Assembly: GCA_964057225.1 (NCBI GenBank)
Contig: OZ059896.1
Location: 11,904,001-11,968,000, forward strand
From: Auanema rhodensis
Lineage: Eukaryota; Animalia; Nematoda
Length of the DNA: 64,000 nt
Direction: 5' to 3'
Positions 24,331 to 37,234 of this stretch are shown here, piece by piece; the first letter of the stretch is position 1; each line of letters begins with the position of its first letter. The translations under genes were made by a program, and so were the position numbers. The notes beneath the pieces were generated by a model. That model had not been told where the DNA came from and did no database searches. It saw only the letters and a program-made list of their open reading frames with translations.

Positions 24331-25082
24331 TGTCACTCACCAAAACTAGAGCCTGCGAAATCAACCTAGTCTTGCAAAGATCACAAGAAAGATGCGACTC
24401 GTTTCTGAAGCTCACAAGAGAGAAACGGATTGAATGCTTGAAGGAACTCACCCAGCACATGGACCAATCACTTAGGGATTTTTACAAAACTGAGGCAAGT
24501 GAACTCTCTGACAAATCCAATCTCATCAACAGCGCCGCCACTGCCTTAAAAAACTTCATAAGACTCAAAGATTTCCTCAACACCGCAAGAACACACCACG
24601 TGTTCCAAAATGAGCAAGACAAGCTCAAACCTTTTGGAAACAAGAAAAGACTAAACGAGTTGATGAAGAGTATCCAAAGGGAACACATCCCAGCGATAAA
24701 CGGAGACAAAATGCCGTACAACTCCTCTACCATCAAAAGGGACGGAGAAGCGCCAGGATGTCCTCAACCCAAGGGAAACATCATCGTCGTAGAAGCGCAG
24801 CCGGAGCTCAAAGAAATATTGGAAGAACTAAAACAGATGAGATCGGAGAACAAAAGGATGACCTCAGTGCTAATCGAACAGCTCGACCAACAAAAGAAAT
24901 TCGACTCGCTAAAGAAAGAACTGAAAGAGATCAAGGAACTACTAGCGAAAGGGATCCAAGCCAAGCCTAGAGTGTCTAAGGAAACGCAGACTACCGGTAG
25001 GATCAAGACTAGAAAAGAAATGGAACAAGAAATTCTACCCACTAAGAGGAACAAGACTCAGGCGGCGATCATCACCATATAG
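24330..25082 (+). CDS. B1 post-env accessory coiled-coil-like protein, unknown function
   Basis: C-terminal ~250 aa of ORF 23841-25082; conserved in the copy at 52557-53356. Confidence 0.6.
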   Translation: MSLTKTRACEINLVLQRSQERCDSFLKLTREKRIECLKELTQHMDQSLRDFYKTEASELSDKSNLINSAATALKNFIRLKDFLNTARTHHVFQNEQDKLKPFGNKKRLNELMKSIQREHIPAINGDKMPYNSSTIKRDGEAPGCPQPKGNIIVVEAQPELKEILEELKQMRSENKRMTSVLIEQLDQQKKFDSLKKELKEIKELLAKGIQAKPRVSKETQTTGRIKTRKEMEQEILPTKRNKTQAAIITI

Positions 25083-25106
25083 ATGTTCTCTTCTCGACGG
25101 CCGGAG

Positions 25107-25639
25107 TGTGCTGAAGCACTCTCATCCCGTGATAATAGTGTTCCTCCTTAGTTTAAGTTCAATTGTACTTCTTTATTGTCCTCTCTTTGTACTATCCATT
25201 ATCCTCAACTATCTAATCGATAATCCTGTAAGTTGTCACCAACGGCCGATTTGCCGATGAATCACCTATCGCCCTTTGCCATCTGATCCATTAGGCAAGA
25301 TCTTAGGCGCGATAGCCGTCGCCCACTTGCAAGGGGGATGAATCACATAGGATTTAGACCCCTCCTCTCGCTTTCTACAATTAATACATTATCTATCACT
25401 TCCGGGGACCTAGTATATAAACCCGCAATAATTCTTCTAAATCATGTCTCAATATTATTCTGCCACCGCTATCATCTTCCCGTCAATTTATTTCTGTTTT
25501 ACTCGTATTGTATTCGTATCACCGATAATAAACTCTTCTCTTGTACTCGCGTCTATTGCCTATTACTTGGACTAATATTCCACTACCACTGAACCACAAA
25601 TGCCCGTTATTCGCTCTCCAACTAGAGGACAAAACGACA
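25107..25639 (+). repeat. B1 3' LTR
   Basis: Preceded by GGCCGGAG, followed by TSD GTAAA. Confidence 0.97.
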
Positions 25640-25644
25640 GTAAA

Positions 25645-27446
25645 TCAGCTGGATTTGATTTTGTATTCACATAGAAAAACTGAATTGTTGTCTTCATTTT
25701 TTCTATTTCTCTCACAATTTCGTTTATTTTATTCAGTCTATTACGAATATATATCTTTTTAGTTGGATTTTTGTGTAACCAACATAGTACTACTTGTGAA
25801 TCAGTTAAAATTTTTATTTTTTCTAATTTTATATTCATTTCGCTGACGTTATCTTTCAACATTTTCATACCAAATAGTAAAGCTGTTAGTTCTTTCATTG
25901 ATATGGTTCCTTCAATCATTGTTGAAGATTTAGAGCAAAGAAACTCAATTTTTTCTGTTTTTCCAGCTTCATTTACATATGCTAAATACGCAACACATGC
26001 TATAACATCTTTAGATGCATCTGTGAATAATAAATATTCAAATTTTCCATTTTTCTCATTTATCTCATTTATATCTTTCATTAATGACCTGTTAACATCA
26101 ACTTTAGCATTTTCTAACTTTGTATATAATTTTTTCCATATTATTTGTTGCTGTTCTGGTATTTCTATGTCCCAGTCAATTTTTAGTTCCCATATTTCTT
26201 TTAGAAATAACCTAGCTTTGACGGTTAAAGGCTGAGTTAGACCTAATGGGTCGAAGATTGAATTAATGAAACTGAGGATAGTTCGTTTCGTTATTTTTTC
26301 TTCTTTCCATATAGGAATTTTTATTTCCAATTTGTCATTTTCTCCATCATAGTTCATTCCGAGAATTTTAAAGTTTGAATCTTTTATTCTATCGATTTCG
26401 GGAATTTTCATTCTTTCTACGGTTACGTTTGTATAAAATTTTCTGACATTCATGCCAATCTTTGAAAACAAATTTTTTACTTCACTATACTATAATACTG
26501 TAATATTTGATTTTCATTTTCTACTTTTAACATTATGTTATCTACATAAATGTTACTTAAAATATTCTTGTTTAAATTACTTTTTTCTGTTTTTAAAAAA
26601 AATATAATGCTGGCTGCGAGTAGAAATGGTAAACTATTTACCCCAAAAGGTATTTTTGTGAATCTCAACTTCATAATATTACTTTTCTGTGTTCCTTTGT
26701 TTATATCTTTGACCCATAAAATTCTGGTTAGATCCCTATGACTTTCGTCTAACTCTATTTGGTAAAACGCTTTTTCAATGTCTCCTATTAAGAAGTTTTT
26801 GCTTAACCTGAGTCTTACCAGCATGCCTGCTAAATTTGGCATTATTCCTTCGCCTTGATATAGTATATCGTTTAAAGATAGCTCATTTTTCTTTTTGCTT
26901 GATGCGTTTAATACAATTCTTAGTTTTGTAGTTGAGCTTGATAGTTTTAAAACGTAATGGTGGGGTATATAATATGTAAAAAATGGATGATTACTCCGAG
27001 GAGATTCTTCTAAAATTCCTGTCCTCAGTTGTTCCTGTATGGTTTCATTATATTTTTCAAATATATCCTTTTTTCCTCTCAAAGTGTTCAAAATTCCATT
27101 TAGACAGCCAATACTCTTTCCGAAATTATCGTCAATTGACTGTATATATTGTTTGACAGGAAACTTCACTTTAATTCTTCCATTTTAAACCCGAACGTTT
27201 TCATAAAAGTGCTGCCATGCCATTTTATTTTCATAGTTTCTAATTTTTTATTTTGTTATTTTTGAGTTTTCGTCTTTTAATTTCAAGCCTGTTAAAAAGC
27301 ACTGAATTTCAGGGTTTTCAATAACTGTTTGGTCAGTATTTTGACTTTGGGTACGTTGAGCGATTATTGGATGAATGATCGTTGGAACTATTATAATATC
27401 TTTCCCAATTTTAATTGAATTGAACTCATTTATCATGAATTCCCAA
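25645..27446 (-). pseudogene. pol: BEL/Pao B2 pol: RT and RNase H region
   Basis: TTKLRIVLNAS, DIEKAF, KIPFG, YVDN, FDPLG, FTDAS, TDSQ, NPADL. Confidence 0.92.
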
Positions 27447-27447
27447 A

Positions 27448-28200
27448 ACCATGATTAATGTTTATACACGCATGTTATATGTTAGGCCTTTGAAAACTAA
27501 AGGTGGTATAGAGGTTGCTAGTGCATTTGAAAGTTTATTCAAGAATTTTATACCAATTCAGTTGATTACTGATAATGGCACAGAGTTTTATAATAATCAT
27601 TGTGAAAAACTATTCAAAAAGTTTGCCATACTGCACGGATCTACAAGTTCACCACAAAAGGCTGCAATGGTGGAGCGAGCAAATAGAACTTTAAAAACAC
27701 GCATGATGAAATATCTCTATTACAAGAATAATCATCGTTGGATTGATATCCTAGATGATTTGGTTGAAGGAATAAACAAATCTTATAACCGCTCCTAAAA
27801 AATGCGGCCCATTGATGTTAAAGCAAATATATTCATTGAAGAATATGCACCAGCTGTTAAAAACCGCTTTAAAATTGGTGATACTGTTCGCATAAGCAAA
27901 AATAGGCGTACTTTTGAAAAAAGCTACGAGTCTGGATATACAATGGAGCTGTTCACAATTGATGAGGTTGTAACCGGAAACCCAACCGTGTATAAACTTG
28001 TAGATTATAATGGTGAACGTATAAAGGGAATATTCTACGAACCTGAACTTGTCTTGGCTACTAATAAAAGCAACCAGTACTATATAGAAAAAGTTTTAAA
28101 AGAGCGTACTCGAAGCGGTAAACGTCAAGTATTTGTAAAATGGAGTGGATATCCCGACAACTTTAATGAATGGATAGATGCAGAAAATTTAAATGTATAA
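27448..28200 (+). pseudogene. Maverick integrase-chromodomain, 5' truncated, same internal stop as the 11-kb copy
   Basis: TDNGTEF, VERANRTLK, intact chromodomain YYIEKVLK..VKWSGYPDNFNEWI. Confidence 0.92.
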
Positions 28201-29705
28201 TTTTTCAATGTTATAAACAATTGTAATTATAATAAATGATTTATTTGATATATCGCATAATGTAACAATAAAAAACCAGCAAAATACAAACAACAATTCA
28301 ACCTGCAAAAAAAAAATAATTTAGACTTTTCAAATTTTCAAATTCTTACCAGTTGGTTGATCATTCGTCCTCAATTGATGAGCCATTGATGGATATTCGC
28401 AAGAGCTGGAAAAAAAAATGTTACGGCTGAGAATATAGAAATGCCACATAACAAAACAAGAATAAAACGCCAATTGTACTATTTGTGCTTGTTGTAGTCA
28501 AAATGAAGGATCAAAGCGGATAAACATGTTCAGGTTGAGTGCTTCTGGACTTAGTTTAAAGTAGAATACATTCTGCTTATAACCAAAAGTCTTTACAGTA
28601 GCCTCATCTGCATATATAACAATATAGCCCATATTGTTCAACAATTGCTTGCACGTCATGGTGTTATAAGAGCGCATCTAAAAATGATAAAATTGAAAAT
28701 AAATAAATATGCAAGCTTACATTAATAGAAACCTTTCATTCCTTCCTCTACACTTTATACAGAGGCTGAAACAGTGATACTCGTCTATAACCTGCAATGA
28801 TTCCCTACAAGTTTTGCAGAGACAAATTGGTCTCATTAATACACTCCTTGGTGGAGTGCTCTCTCTCAGAATCTTCATCTGCTTTATTGGTGAATCTAAA
28901 TTAAAGATTAAAAAAATACAAGTTAAGGTTCATACCAAAACTTGTAAAATTTGGTGCTGGTGTGGGTGGTCGTGGTACTTCAGGTTCAGGCGATTTGCGC
29001 ACAACATTTGTCACATCAGCAAGTACAGCACGCTTCATTTCCGCTAAAGATCCAACTTTCTAAAATATAAGGCAAACTTGCAGAAAGGAGCAGTCTATGG
29101 CGATTGGCAAAGAGTGGCAGGAGATGGTGAAACGTCGGATCCTCGGATAGTTGGCAGAGCTGAAATGTAAATGTAGCAAAATTGCCAACCTTTTATACAA
29201 AGATTTTTGTAAAGTACAACCCATTGTGTTACAATCAAGTTTGCTGATGAAATTCTTTAATTAATTAGATTTTACAGCATATTTATGCAGATATACTCAT
29301 CTCGTCGACAGTTGCCAGCAGTTGGCGCACTCTGAACCTGTAAACAATCTGCATATTAATTAGTTTTTACATCTCTTTAAACTTTATTGTTTACCGTTTG
29401 TGCCATAAACAACAGCCATCTCTGTAAAACATTTAGGCTTTTTAAACTTTGCTTAATAGCTCATTTATTATTCATAGTATACTTTTACACCCATATTGTA
29501 GCACAAAACATATGACTGCCAACGTTTTATATGTAAAAATATTTCATTCTTGAATATTTAATAATGATTATATTACGAAACTAAAACTTTTGAAATGTTA
29601 AAATGTTTATACTATATTTAAACCCCCACAGTGCAGTTATTAGTGTTTATTAACCCTCGATATGCGTGGCGTAGAGGTCAGCGCAACTGTTTGTTAATCT
29701 TATTG
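28200..29705 (-). mobile_element. Inverted copy of the Maverick segment ~45925-47460, including a deleted D-box gene copy (ATG at 29038)
   Basis: Near-identical reverse complement. Confidence 0.9.
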
Positions 29706-30171
29706 TAAAACATTTGTTCATTGAAGTATAATAAATAGCTGTATAGCATATGTATCAAGATTTCTAATATTCTTAAATTACGTGGAAAGAAGAGTATATA
29801 GAATTAGTTTTAGTGTGTATATTACTAATATTCTAATACACTAACTCAATGGAACACAGATCGAAGATTAATTCGATAAGATAGTTGAAACAGTTGTGTT
29901 GATTCCAATGGAACACATATCGAAGGTTAATTCGATAAGATTGTTGAAACAAGTGCGCTGACCACAACAATACATGCGTATTTATCAAAAACGGATTGGC
30001 AAATGCCACTGTTGACAGCTGTAATATGATACAATGTTGAGTGTTGGCAACATTGTTACGTGACAATAAAACAACTGACTGTTCTTGCAATGAAGTGTAA
30101 TATGAATGTGTAAAATGAAATAAGGATAACTACCTCTTAGAGTTTGCATAATTTTGTTCTAATAAGATACA

Positions 30172-30580
30172 ATGGCTGCTAACAGGTTATGTTTTTTCCT
30201 CGCTTTTTTTTATTAAAATATTTATTTTCAGTTATAAGCGTGTATGTGAAGAGTTGGGTTTTGATTATGAGGAAATTTATCAACTCAGGTAATTTAACAA
30301 TATTTTCAAAATATACATTTTTTTTAGTAAGCGCATAAAGCTTACCGAGAGTGGTGGGTTTGAGCTCTGTGAGCCCGCAATAACCACTTCCAATAGTGGT
30401 CCCTCGTCATCAAGGGCTATTGAAGTTATAACCTTGGATGACAGCGATAATGAGTAAACTATCGTATAATGAAAAAGCATGAAATTTTTTGTTTTCAGAA
30501 AATGGAATCCCGAGATGCCATCAACTAGTGGAGAACAATTAAGAGGCGGTTCATCCTTCAACGATATTTGTCAAATAAAG
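30172..30580 (+). CDS. Small multi-exon Maverick-associated gene (copies with ATG at 34339, 38503, 43437; diverged paralogs at 3163, 41062, 44733); 3' end uncertain
   Basis: GT..AG introns give an open splice product MAANSYKRVCEELGFDYEEIYQLSKRIKLTESGGFELCEP...IEVITLDDSDNEKWNPEMPSTSGEQLRGGSSFNDICQIK. Confidence 0.6.
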
Positions 30581-31633
30581 GTACGAGCTTTTCCTTTTTT
30601 TTCTCATGTTACAATTCTTTTCACTCTATATCTTTTATTTGATTACATATTTTGAACAATTTTGAATTTTGCCAGTTATTTTTCAGTAAATCATCATACA
30701 TTTGGAGGCTTTTTGAAAAATAAAATGTTAAAGTAATGAATAAATTTGAATTTTATCCCAAATCCATGTCATAATATCATTTATTAAAATTTTAATCATT
30801 AAAATACATTTAAATTCGAATATTTTAATGTACAAAAATTGAAACATTTAAATGTTTTGTATTTTCGAAACCATTTCACTCCAACTGTTTTATTTGATCC
30901 CATATTTTAAACAATTTCAAATTTCTACCACTACTTTATAATTTTTATTTATTAAATTTTTAATCATTAAAATACATTTAATTTTAAATGTTTTGATGTT
31001 CAAAAACTGAAACATTTAAATATTTGTATTTTCTGAACCATTTCACTCCATCTATTTTATTTAATCCCATATTTAAACAATTTTATATTTCTACCATTAT
31101 TTAATTTTTATTTATTAAATTTTAAAAAAAAATTTGATGCTCAAAAACTGAAACGTTTAAATATTTTGTATTTTTCTAATCGTTTTGAAACAAACTAAAC
31201 ATATATAAACATAAATTTAAAAAAAATAAAAAAGCATGTAAACAGTTATAATTTAATTTTTTTATTATAGTGGTCACACCGGCGCATAAAACGCACCGGT
31301 CGTTTTACCAACGTGGTCGTTCGATCGCTCACGTTCCCACACTTGGAATCTATTGATGAATCAATCCATGTTATCATGCCGCCGTTATTCAACGAATTCC
31401 TTGATCGTTGTCTTGCTGAAAGCGGTGTGCCTGATAAGAAAAAAACAATGTGTAGACTGATGTATTGATTCTATCTGTACTGATATGGGCGCATCTATAC
31501 TTTCTCTATAGTTTTTGAGACGAGCAATCAAGTTTTCGTATAGTTCAGCCTTTTTATAATCGGGTATAGCTTTATTTTCTCGTAAAAGCTTGAGCTCTGC
31601 ATCAAACTTGTCTATATTAATTGTTTCGGACAC

Positions 31634-31767
31634 ATAGTTACATGTGGTATTGCCTATTTTGGTTTTAAATCATGAAGCTCAACCATGAATATTGACAGGA
31701 ATTAGTCGATATTTATGGTTGAGCTGCATGATTTAAAACCGAAATAGGCAATACCACATGTAACTAT
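31634..31767. other. 63-bp-stem inverted repeat/hairpin (also 35798-35931, 41495-41628)
   Basis: ATAGTTACATGTGG...ATTGAC-AGGAATTA-GTCGAT...CCACATGTAACTAT. Confidence 0.95.
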
Positions 31768-32034
31768 TGTTTTCAATTGCTTGTGTGAAAGCGTTGCCGA
31801 TAATGATTCAGCCTTTTCCGGTGTGCGTATCAAAGCTATTTGACCTTATAATGAAGATATGGGCAAGAGGGTTTTATACTCCTTGTTAGTTAAAAGAAAA
31901 TTTTTATTTTTCACAATATTAAATACAATTTCAACAATAATTTCAATTTGTTCAAAAGAAAATGAGGAAACAGAACAAGGAGTTTTGGCGCAAGAAGACA
32001 AAAAGTTGAACTTTGACAAAATACGACCACTCAT
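31730..32034 (-). pseudogene. Small Maverick ORF preceding the pre-integrase ORF (copies near 36010, 41707, 49195-49357)
   Basis: IVEIVFNIVKN..LLTNKEYKTLL...RQ resembles a small ORF seen in Polintons; internal stop here, absent in the copy at 49310. Confidence 0.5.
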
Positions 32035-32079
32035 TGAACATGCACTTCAAACACTAAACACGTATCTGGCTACATAAAC

Positions 32080-33070
32080 AAAAGGGTTCTTCGCTGTTAT
32101 ATCAGATAGTATACGCTAACTTGTTAAAGGATGATTATCAATCAGTGAATGATTATAGGGAGTAGACATTGCATCATCATACGCCTCTAGAGCATTTTTG
32201 AAACGTGGCCCAAATAATTGCTGCAGACTATACTTTATGGCTATTATACTCTGCTTTTGATGTAAACTTTCATACAGTTGGTTAAAATACGGACATCTGT
32301 CCTACAATATTCCAAAAGTTCTTCATCAAAATCAAACGCTCTTTGATTACGCTCTTCATACCAAATATTGAATGAAGCTAGGTTTTCTGCTTTCATTCTA
32401 GCAGTACAATAGTGCTGTTTTGGTGGTAAAGATGGTAACACTTTGCCACAATTTATTGGATGATTAAAGAGGTAAGGAAACTGTCCTTTACTCATATCAT
32501 GTACACCAAATGCCTTGGGTAACGCTGATAGGAGTAAAGGTACTAATAAATAGCTATCTTTAAAATATTAATGATCAAAATTTTGACCTCTTAAAGGCTT
32601 GACAACCATGCTTATAATCTTGGTCCCATTTAAAATTGGGTCAGGATATATTCCACGGTTTATCAGCCTAGACACCAAGAAATGTATGTCAAAGCGCGAC
32701 CCGTTCTGCGCAATCAAAATTGCATTATCATTCTCAACAGAGTTGAGTAACCAATCAAGGAAACGATCTGTTACAGACCATTCACTATCACCTTGTTGGT
32801 ACCCAAAATGGCCCTCCTTGGTTGTGCATTTTTCACATGAGTTGGCATCTATACAACTTCCACAAAATTTGTTATACACAACCATATTGGGCCATTGTTC
32901 ATCTGCATATTTATGAACATTTGTACCGTTTTTTAACACAACCGTTTCAATGTTATAAAATATAATCTTAAACAAGTAAGCATTACACTTGTGAAAATAT
33001 CAAATACAAACCTTGTATTTTTCTTGCCTCTTTTTTAACTGATCCTTCTTCTTGTCGTTGAGTGGTACCC
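32080..33070 (-). pseudogene. Maverick protein-primed DNA polymerase B, exonuclease-region fragment
   Basis: IIFYNIET (ExoI-like), AQNGSRFD (ExoII), KGQFPYLF, YCRTDVRIL (ExoIII). Confidence 0.85.
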
Positions 33071-33560
33071 AGTAGAAAGCCATGCCGAATTTACTAACGA
33101 CGCCCCCAAACAGTTGCTAAAAACATACTTTTGAGGGCGTCAGCTCCCAAAATCATAGTTTTGGGGACGTCAGCTGTCAAAATCATATTTTCGGCGTCAG
33201 CTGTCAAAAATATACTTTTTCTCTCGAGGCAAGCTCTCGACCCTGCGCATGGATCAAAATGCATAATTTTTTTTAAATCATTTCTAAAATTATTTTTTTT
33301 AATGTATTATTAAAATGAATTTTTAATATTTATATATTGGTTAACTGTATTTTCAAAAATTTTTGAAATTATTTCTTTTTAAATGTAATTTTAATATTTA
33401 TATATATTTTAAATATTATTGAAATTGTTTCTTTTTAAATGTATTTTTATATATTTTTTAAATATTTTTAAAATTATTTCTTTTTAAATGTATTTTTAAT
33501 ATTTATACATTTGAATAAATTTTTTATTATATATTGTTTTTGTTTTAATATATAAAATTG
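33071..33560 (+). repeat. Maverick TIR subfamily B end (also 37235; partial at 42275)
   Basis: AGTAGAAAGCCATGCCGAATTTACTAAC followed by GCGTCAGCT sub-repeats. Confidence 0.75.
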
Positions 33561-36243
33561 GAATATATATAAAAGCTAATCAATATGTTCACCGTACCTC
33601 TTATGGGTTAATCAATGGAACTCATATCGAAGGTTAATTCGATAAGATATATTTTATATATTTATTTTTTAATTTTATTTGTTTACATTGTTTATAGTTT
33701 GTGTTTATTATAGTTTATAATTATTAAATTAACTTTTAAAAAGTTTGTTGTTTTTCTAGGCAAACCATTTTGTTCACCGTACCTCTTATATGTAAATCAA
33801 TAGAACACATATCAAAGGTTAATTCGATAAGATTGCTGAAACAGTTACGTTGACCTACAATGAACCAAATGGCAAAACATTTGTTCATTGAAGTATAATA
33901 AATAGCTGTATAGCATATGTATCAAGATTTCTAATATTCTTAAATTACGTGGAAAGAAGAGTATATAGAATTAGTTTTAGTGTGTATATTACTAATATTC
34001 TAATACACTAACTCAATGGAACACATATCGAAGATTAATTCGATAAGATAGTTGAAACAGTTGTGTTGATTCCAATGGAACACATATCGAAGGTTAATTC
34101 GATAAGATTGTTGAAACAAGTGCGCTGACCACAACAATACATGCGTATTTATTAAAAACGGATTGGCAAATGCCACTGTTTACAGCTGTAATATGATACA
34201 ATGTTGAGTGTTGGCAACATTGTTACGTGACAATAAAACAACTGACTGTTCTTGCAATGAAGTGTAATATGAATGTGTAAAATGAAATATGGATAACTAC
34301 CTCTTAGAGTTTGCATAATTTTGTTCTAATAAAATACAATGGCTGCTAACAAGTTATGTTTTTTCCTCGCCTTTTTTTATTAAAATATTTATTTTCAGTT
34401 ATAAGCGTGTATGTGAAGAGTTGGGTTTTGATTATGAGGAAGTTTATCAAAGGTAATTTAACAATATTTTCAAAATATACATTTTTTTTAGTAAGCGCAT
34501 AAAGCTTACCGAGAGTGGTGGGTTTGAGCTCTGTGAGCCCGCAATAACCACTTCCAATAGTGGTCCCTCGTCATCAAGGGCTATTGAAGTTATAACCTTG
34601 GATGACAGCGATAATGAGTAAACTATCGTATAATGAAAAAGCATGAAATTTTTTGTTTTCAGAAAATGGAATCCCGAGATGCCATCAACTAGTGGAGAAC
34701 AATTAAGAGGCGGTTCATCCTTCAACGATATTTGTCAAATAAAGGTACGAGCTTTTCCTTTTTTTTCTCATGTTACAATTCTTTTCACTCTATATCTTTT
34801 ATTTGATTACATATTTTGAACAATTTTGAATTTTGCCAGTTATTTTTCAGTAAATCATCATACATTTGGAGGCTTTTTGAAAAATAAAATGTTAAAGTAA
34901 TGAATAAATTTGAATTTTATCCCAAATCCATGCCATAATATCATTTATTAAAATTTTAATCATTAAAATACATTTAAATTCGAATATTTTAATGTACAAA
35001 AATTGAAACATTTAAATGTTTTGTATTTTCGAAACCATTTCACTCCAACTGTTTTATTTGATCCCATATTTTAAACAATTTCAAATTTCTACCACTACTT
35101 TATAATTTTTATTTATTAAATTTTTAATCATTAAAATACATTTAATTTTAAATGTTTTGATGTTCAAAAACTGAAACATTTAAATATTTGTATTTTCTGA
35201 ACCATTTCACTCCATCTATTTTATTTAATCCCATATTTAAACAATTTTATATTTCTACCATTATTTAATTTTTATTTATTAAATTTTAAAAAAAAATTTG
35301 ATGCTCAAAAACTGAAACGTTTAAATATTTTGTATTTTTCTAATCGTTTTGAAACAAACTAAACATATATAAACATAAATTTAAAAAAAATAAAAAAGCA
35401 TGTAAACAGTTATAATTTAATTTTTTTATTATAGTGGTCACACCGGCGCATAAAACGCACCGGTCGTTTTACCAACGTGGTCGTTCGATCGCTCACGTTC
35501 CCACACTTGGAATCTATTGATGAATCAATCCATGTTATCATGCCGCCGTTATTCAACGAATTCCTTGATCGTTGTCTTGCTGAAAGCGGTGTGCCTGATA
35601 AGAAAAAAACAATGTGTAGACTGATGTATTGATTCTATCTGTACTGATATGGGCGCATCTATACTTTCTCTATAGTTTTTGAGACGAGCAATCAAGTTTT
35701 CGTATAGTTCAGCCTTTTTATAATCGGGTATAGCTTTATTTTCTCGTAAAAGCTTGAGCTCTGCATCAAACTTGTCTATATTAATTGTTTCGGACACATA
35801 GTTACATGTGGTATTGCCTATTTTGGTTTTAAATCATGAAGCTCAACCATGAATATTGACAGGAATTAGTCGATATTTATGGTTGAGCTGCATGATTTAA
35901 AACCGAAATAGGCAATACCACATGTAACTATTGTTTTCAATTGCTTGTGTGAAAGCGTTGCCGATAATGATTCAGCCTTTTCCGGTGTGCGTATCAAAGC
36001 TATTTGACCTTATAATGAAGATATGGGCAAGAGGGTTTTATACTCCTTGTTAGTTAAAAGAAAATTTTTATTTTTCACAATATTAAATACAATTTCAACA
36101 ATAATTTCAATTTGTTCAAAAGAAAATGAGGAAACAGAACAAGGAGTTTTGGCGCAAGAAGACAAAAAGTTGAACTTTGACAAAATACGACCACTCATTG
36201 AACATGCACTTCAAACACTAAACACGTATCTGGCTACATAAAC

Positions 36244-37234
36244 AAAAGGGTTCTTCGCTGTTATATCAGATAGTATACGCTAACTTGTTAAAGGATGATT
36301 ATCAATCAGTGAATGATTATAGGGAGTAGACATTGCATCATCATACGCCTCTAGAGCATTTTTGAAACGTGGCCCAAATAATTGCTGCAGACTATACTTT
36401 ATGGCTATTATACTCTGCTTTTGATGTAAACTTTCATACAGTTGGTTAAAATACGGACATCTGTCCTACAATATTCCAAAAGTTCTTCATCAAAATCAAA
36501 CGCTCTTTGATTACGCTCTTCATACCAAATATTGAATGAAGCTAGGTTTTCTGCTTTCATTCTAGCAGTACAATAGTGCTGTTTTGGTGGTAAAGATGGT
36601 AACACTTTGCCACAATTTATTGGATGATTAAAGAGGTAAGGAAACTGTCCTTTACTCATATCATGTACACCAAATGCCTTGGGTAACGCTGATAGGAGTA
36701 AAGGTACTAATAAATAGCTATCTTTAAAATATTAATGATCAAAATTTTGACCTCTTAAAGGCTTGACAACCATGCTTATAATCTTGGTCCCATTTAAAAT
36801 TGGGTCAGGATATATTCCACGGTTTATCAGCCTAGACACCAAGAAATGTATGTCAAAGCGCGACCCGTTCTGCGCAATCAAAATTGCATTATCATTCTCA
36901 ACAGAGTTGAGTAACCAATCAAGGAAACGATCTGTTACAGACCATTCACTATCACCTTGTTGGTACCCAAAATGGCCCTCCTTGGTTGTGCATTTTTCAC
37001 ATGAGTTGGCATCTATACAACTTCCACAAAATTTGTTATACACAACCATATTGGGCCATTGTTCATCTGCATATTTATGAACATTTGTACCGTTTTTTAA
37101 CACAACCGTTTCAATGTTATAAAATATAATCTTAAACAAGTAAGCATTACACTTGTGAAAATATCAAATACAAACCTTGTATTTTTCTTGCCTCTTTTTT
37201 AACTGATCCTTCTTCTTGTCGTTGAGTGGTACCC
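36244..37234 (-). pseudogene. Maverick pPolB fragment, second copy
   Basis: Same ORFs as 32244-32975. Confidence 0.85.

Larger units (their letters stand above)
17336..25639 (+). mobile_element. env-containing BEL/Pao LTR retrotransposon (family B1, Cer7/Cer13/Atlas-like), nested in B2 pol
   Basis: 533-bp LTRs TG..CA, 5-bp TSD GTAAA, splits the B2 NPADLPTRG motif. Confidence 0.97.

Noticed and set aside
30280-30561. Minus-strand ORF MKDEPPLNC... and its copies
   Set aside because: Antisense shadow of the plus-strand spliced gene, whose splice signals and frame are consistent
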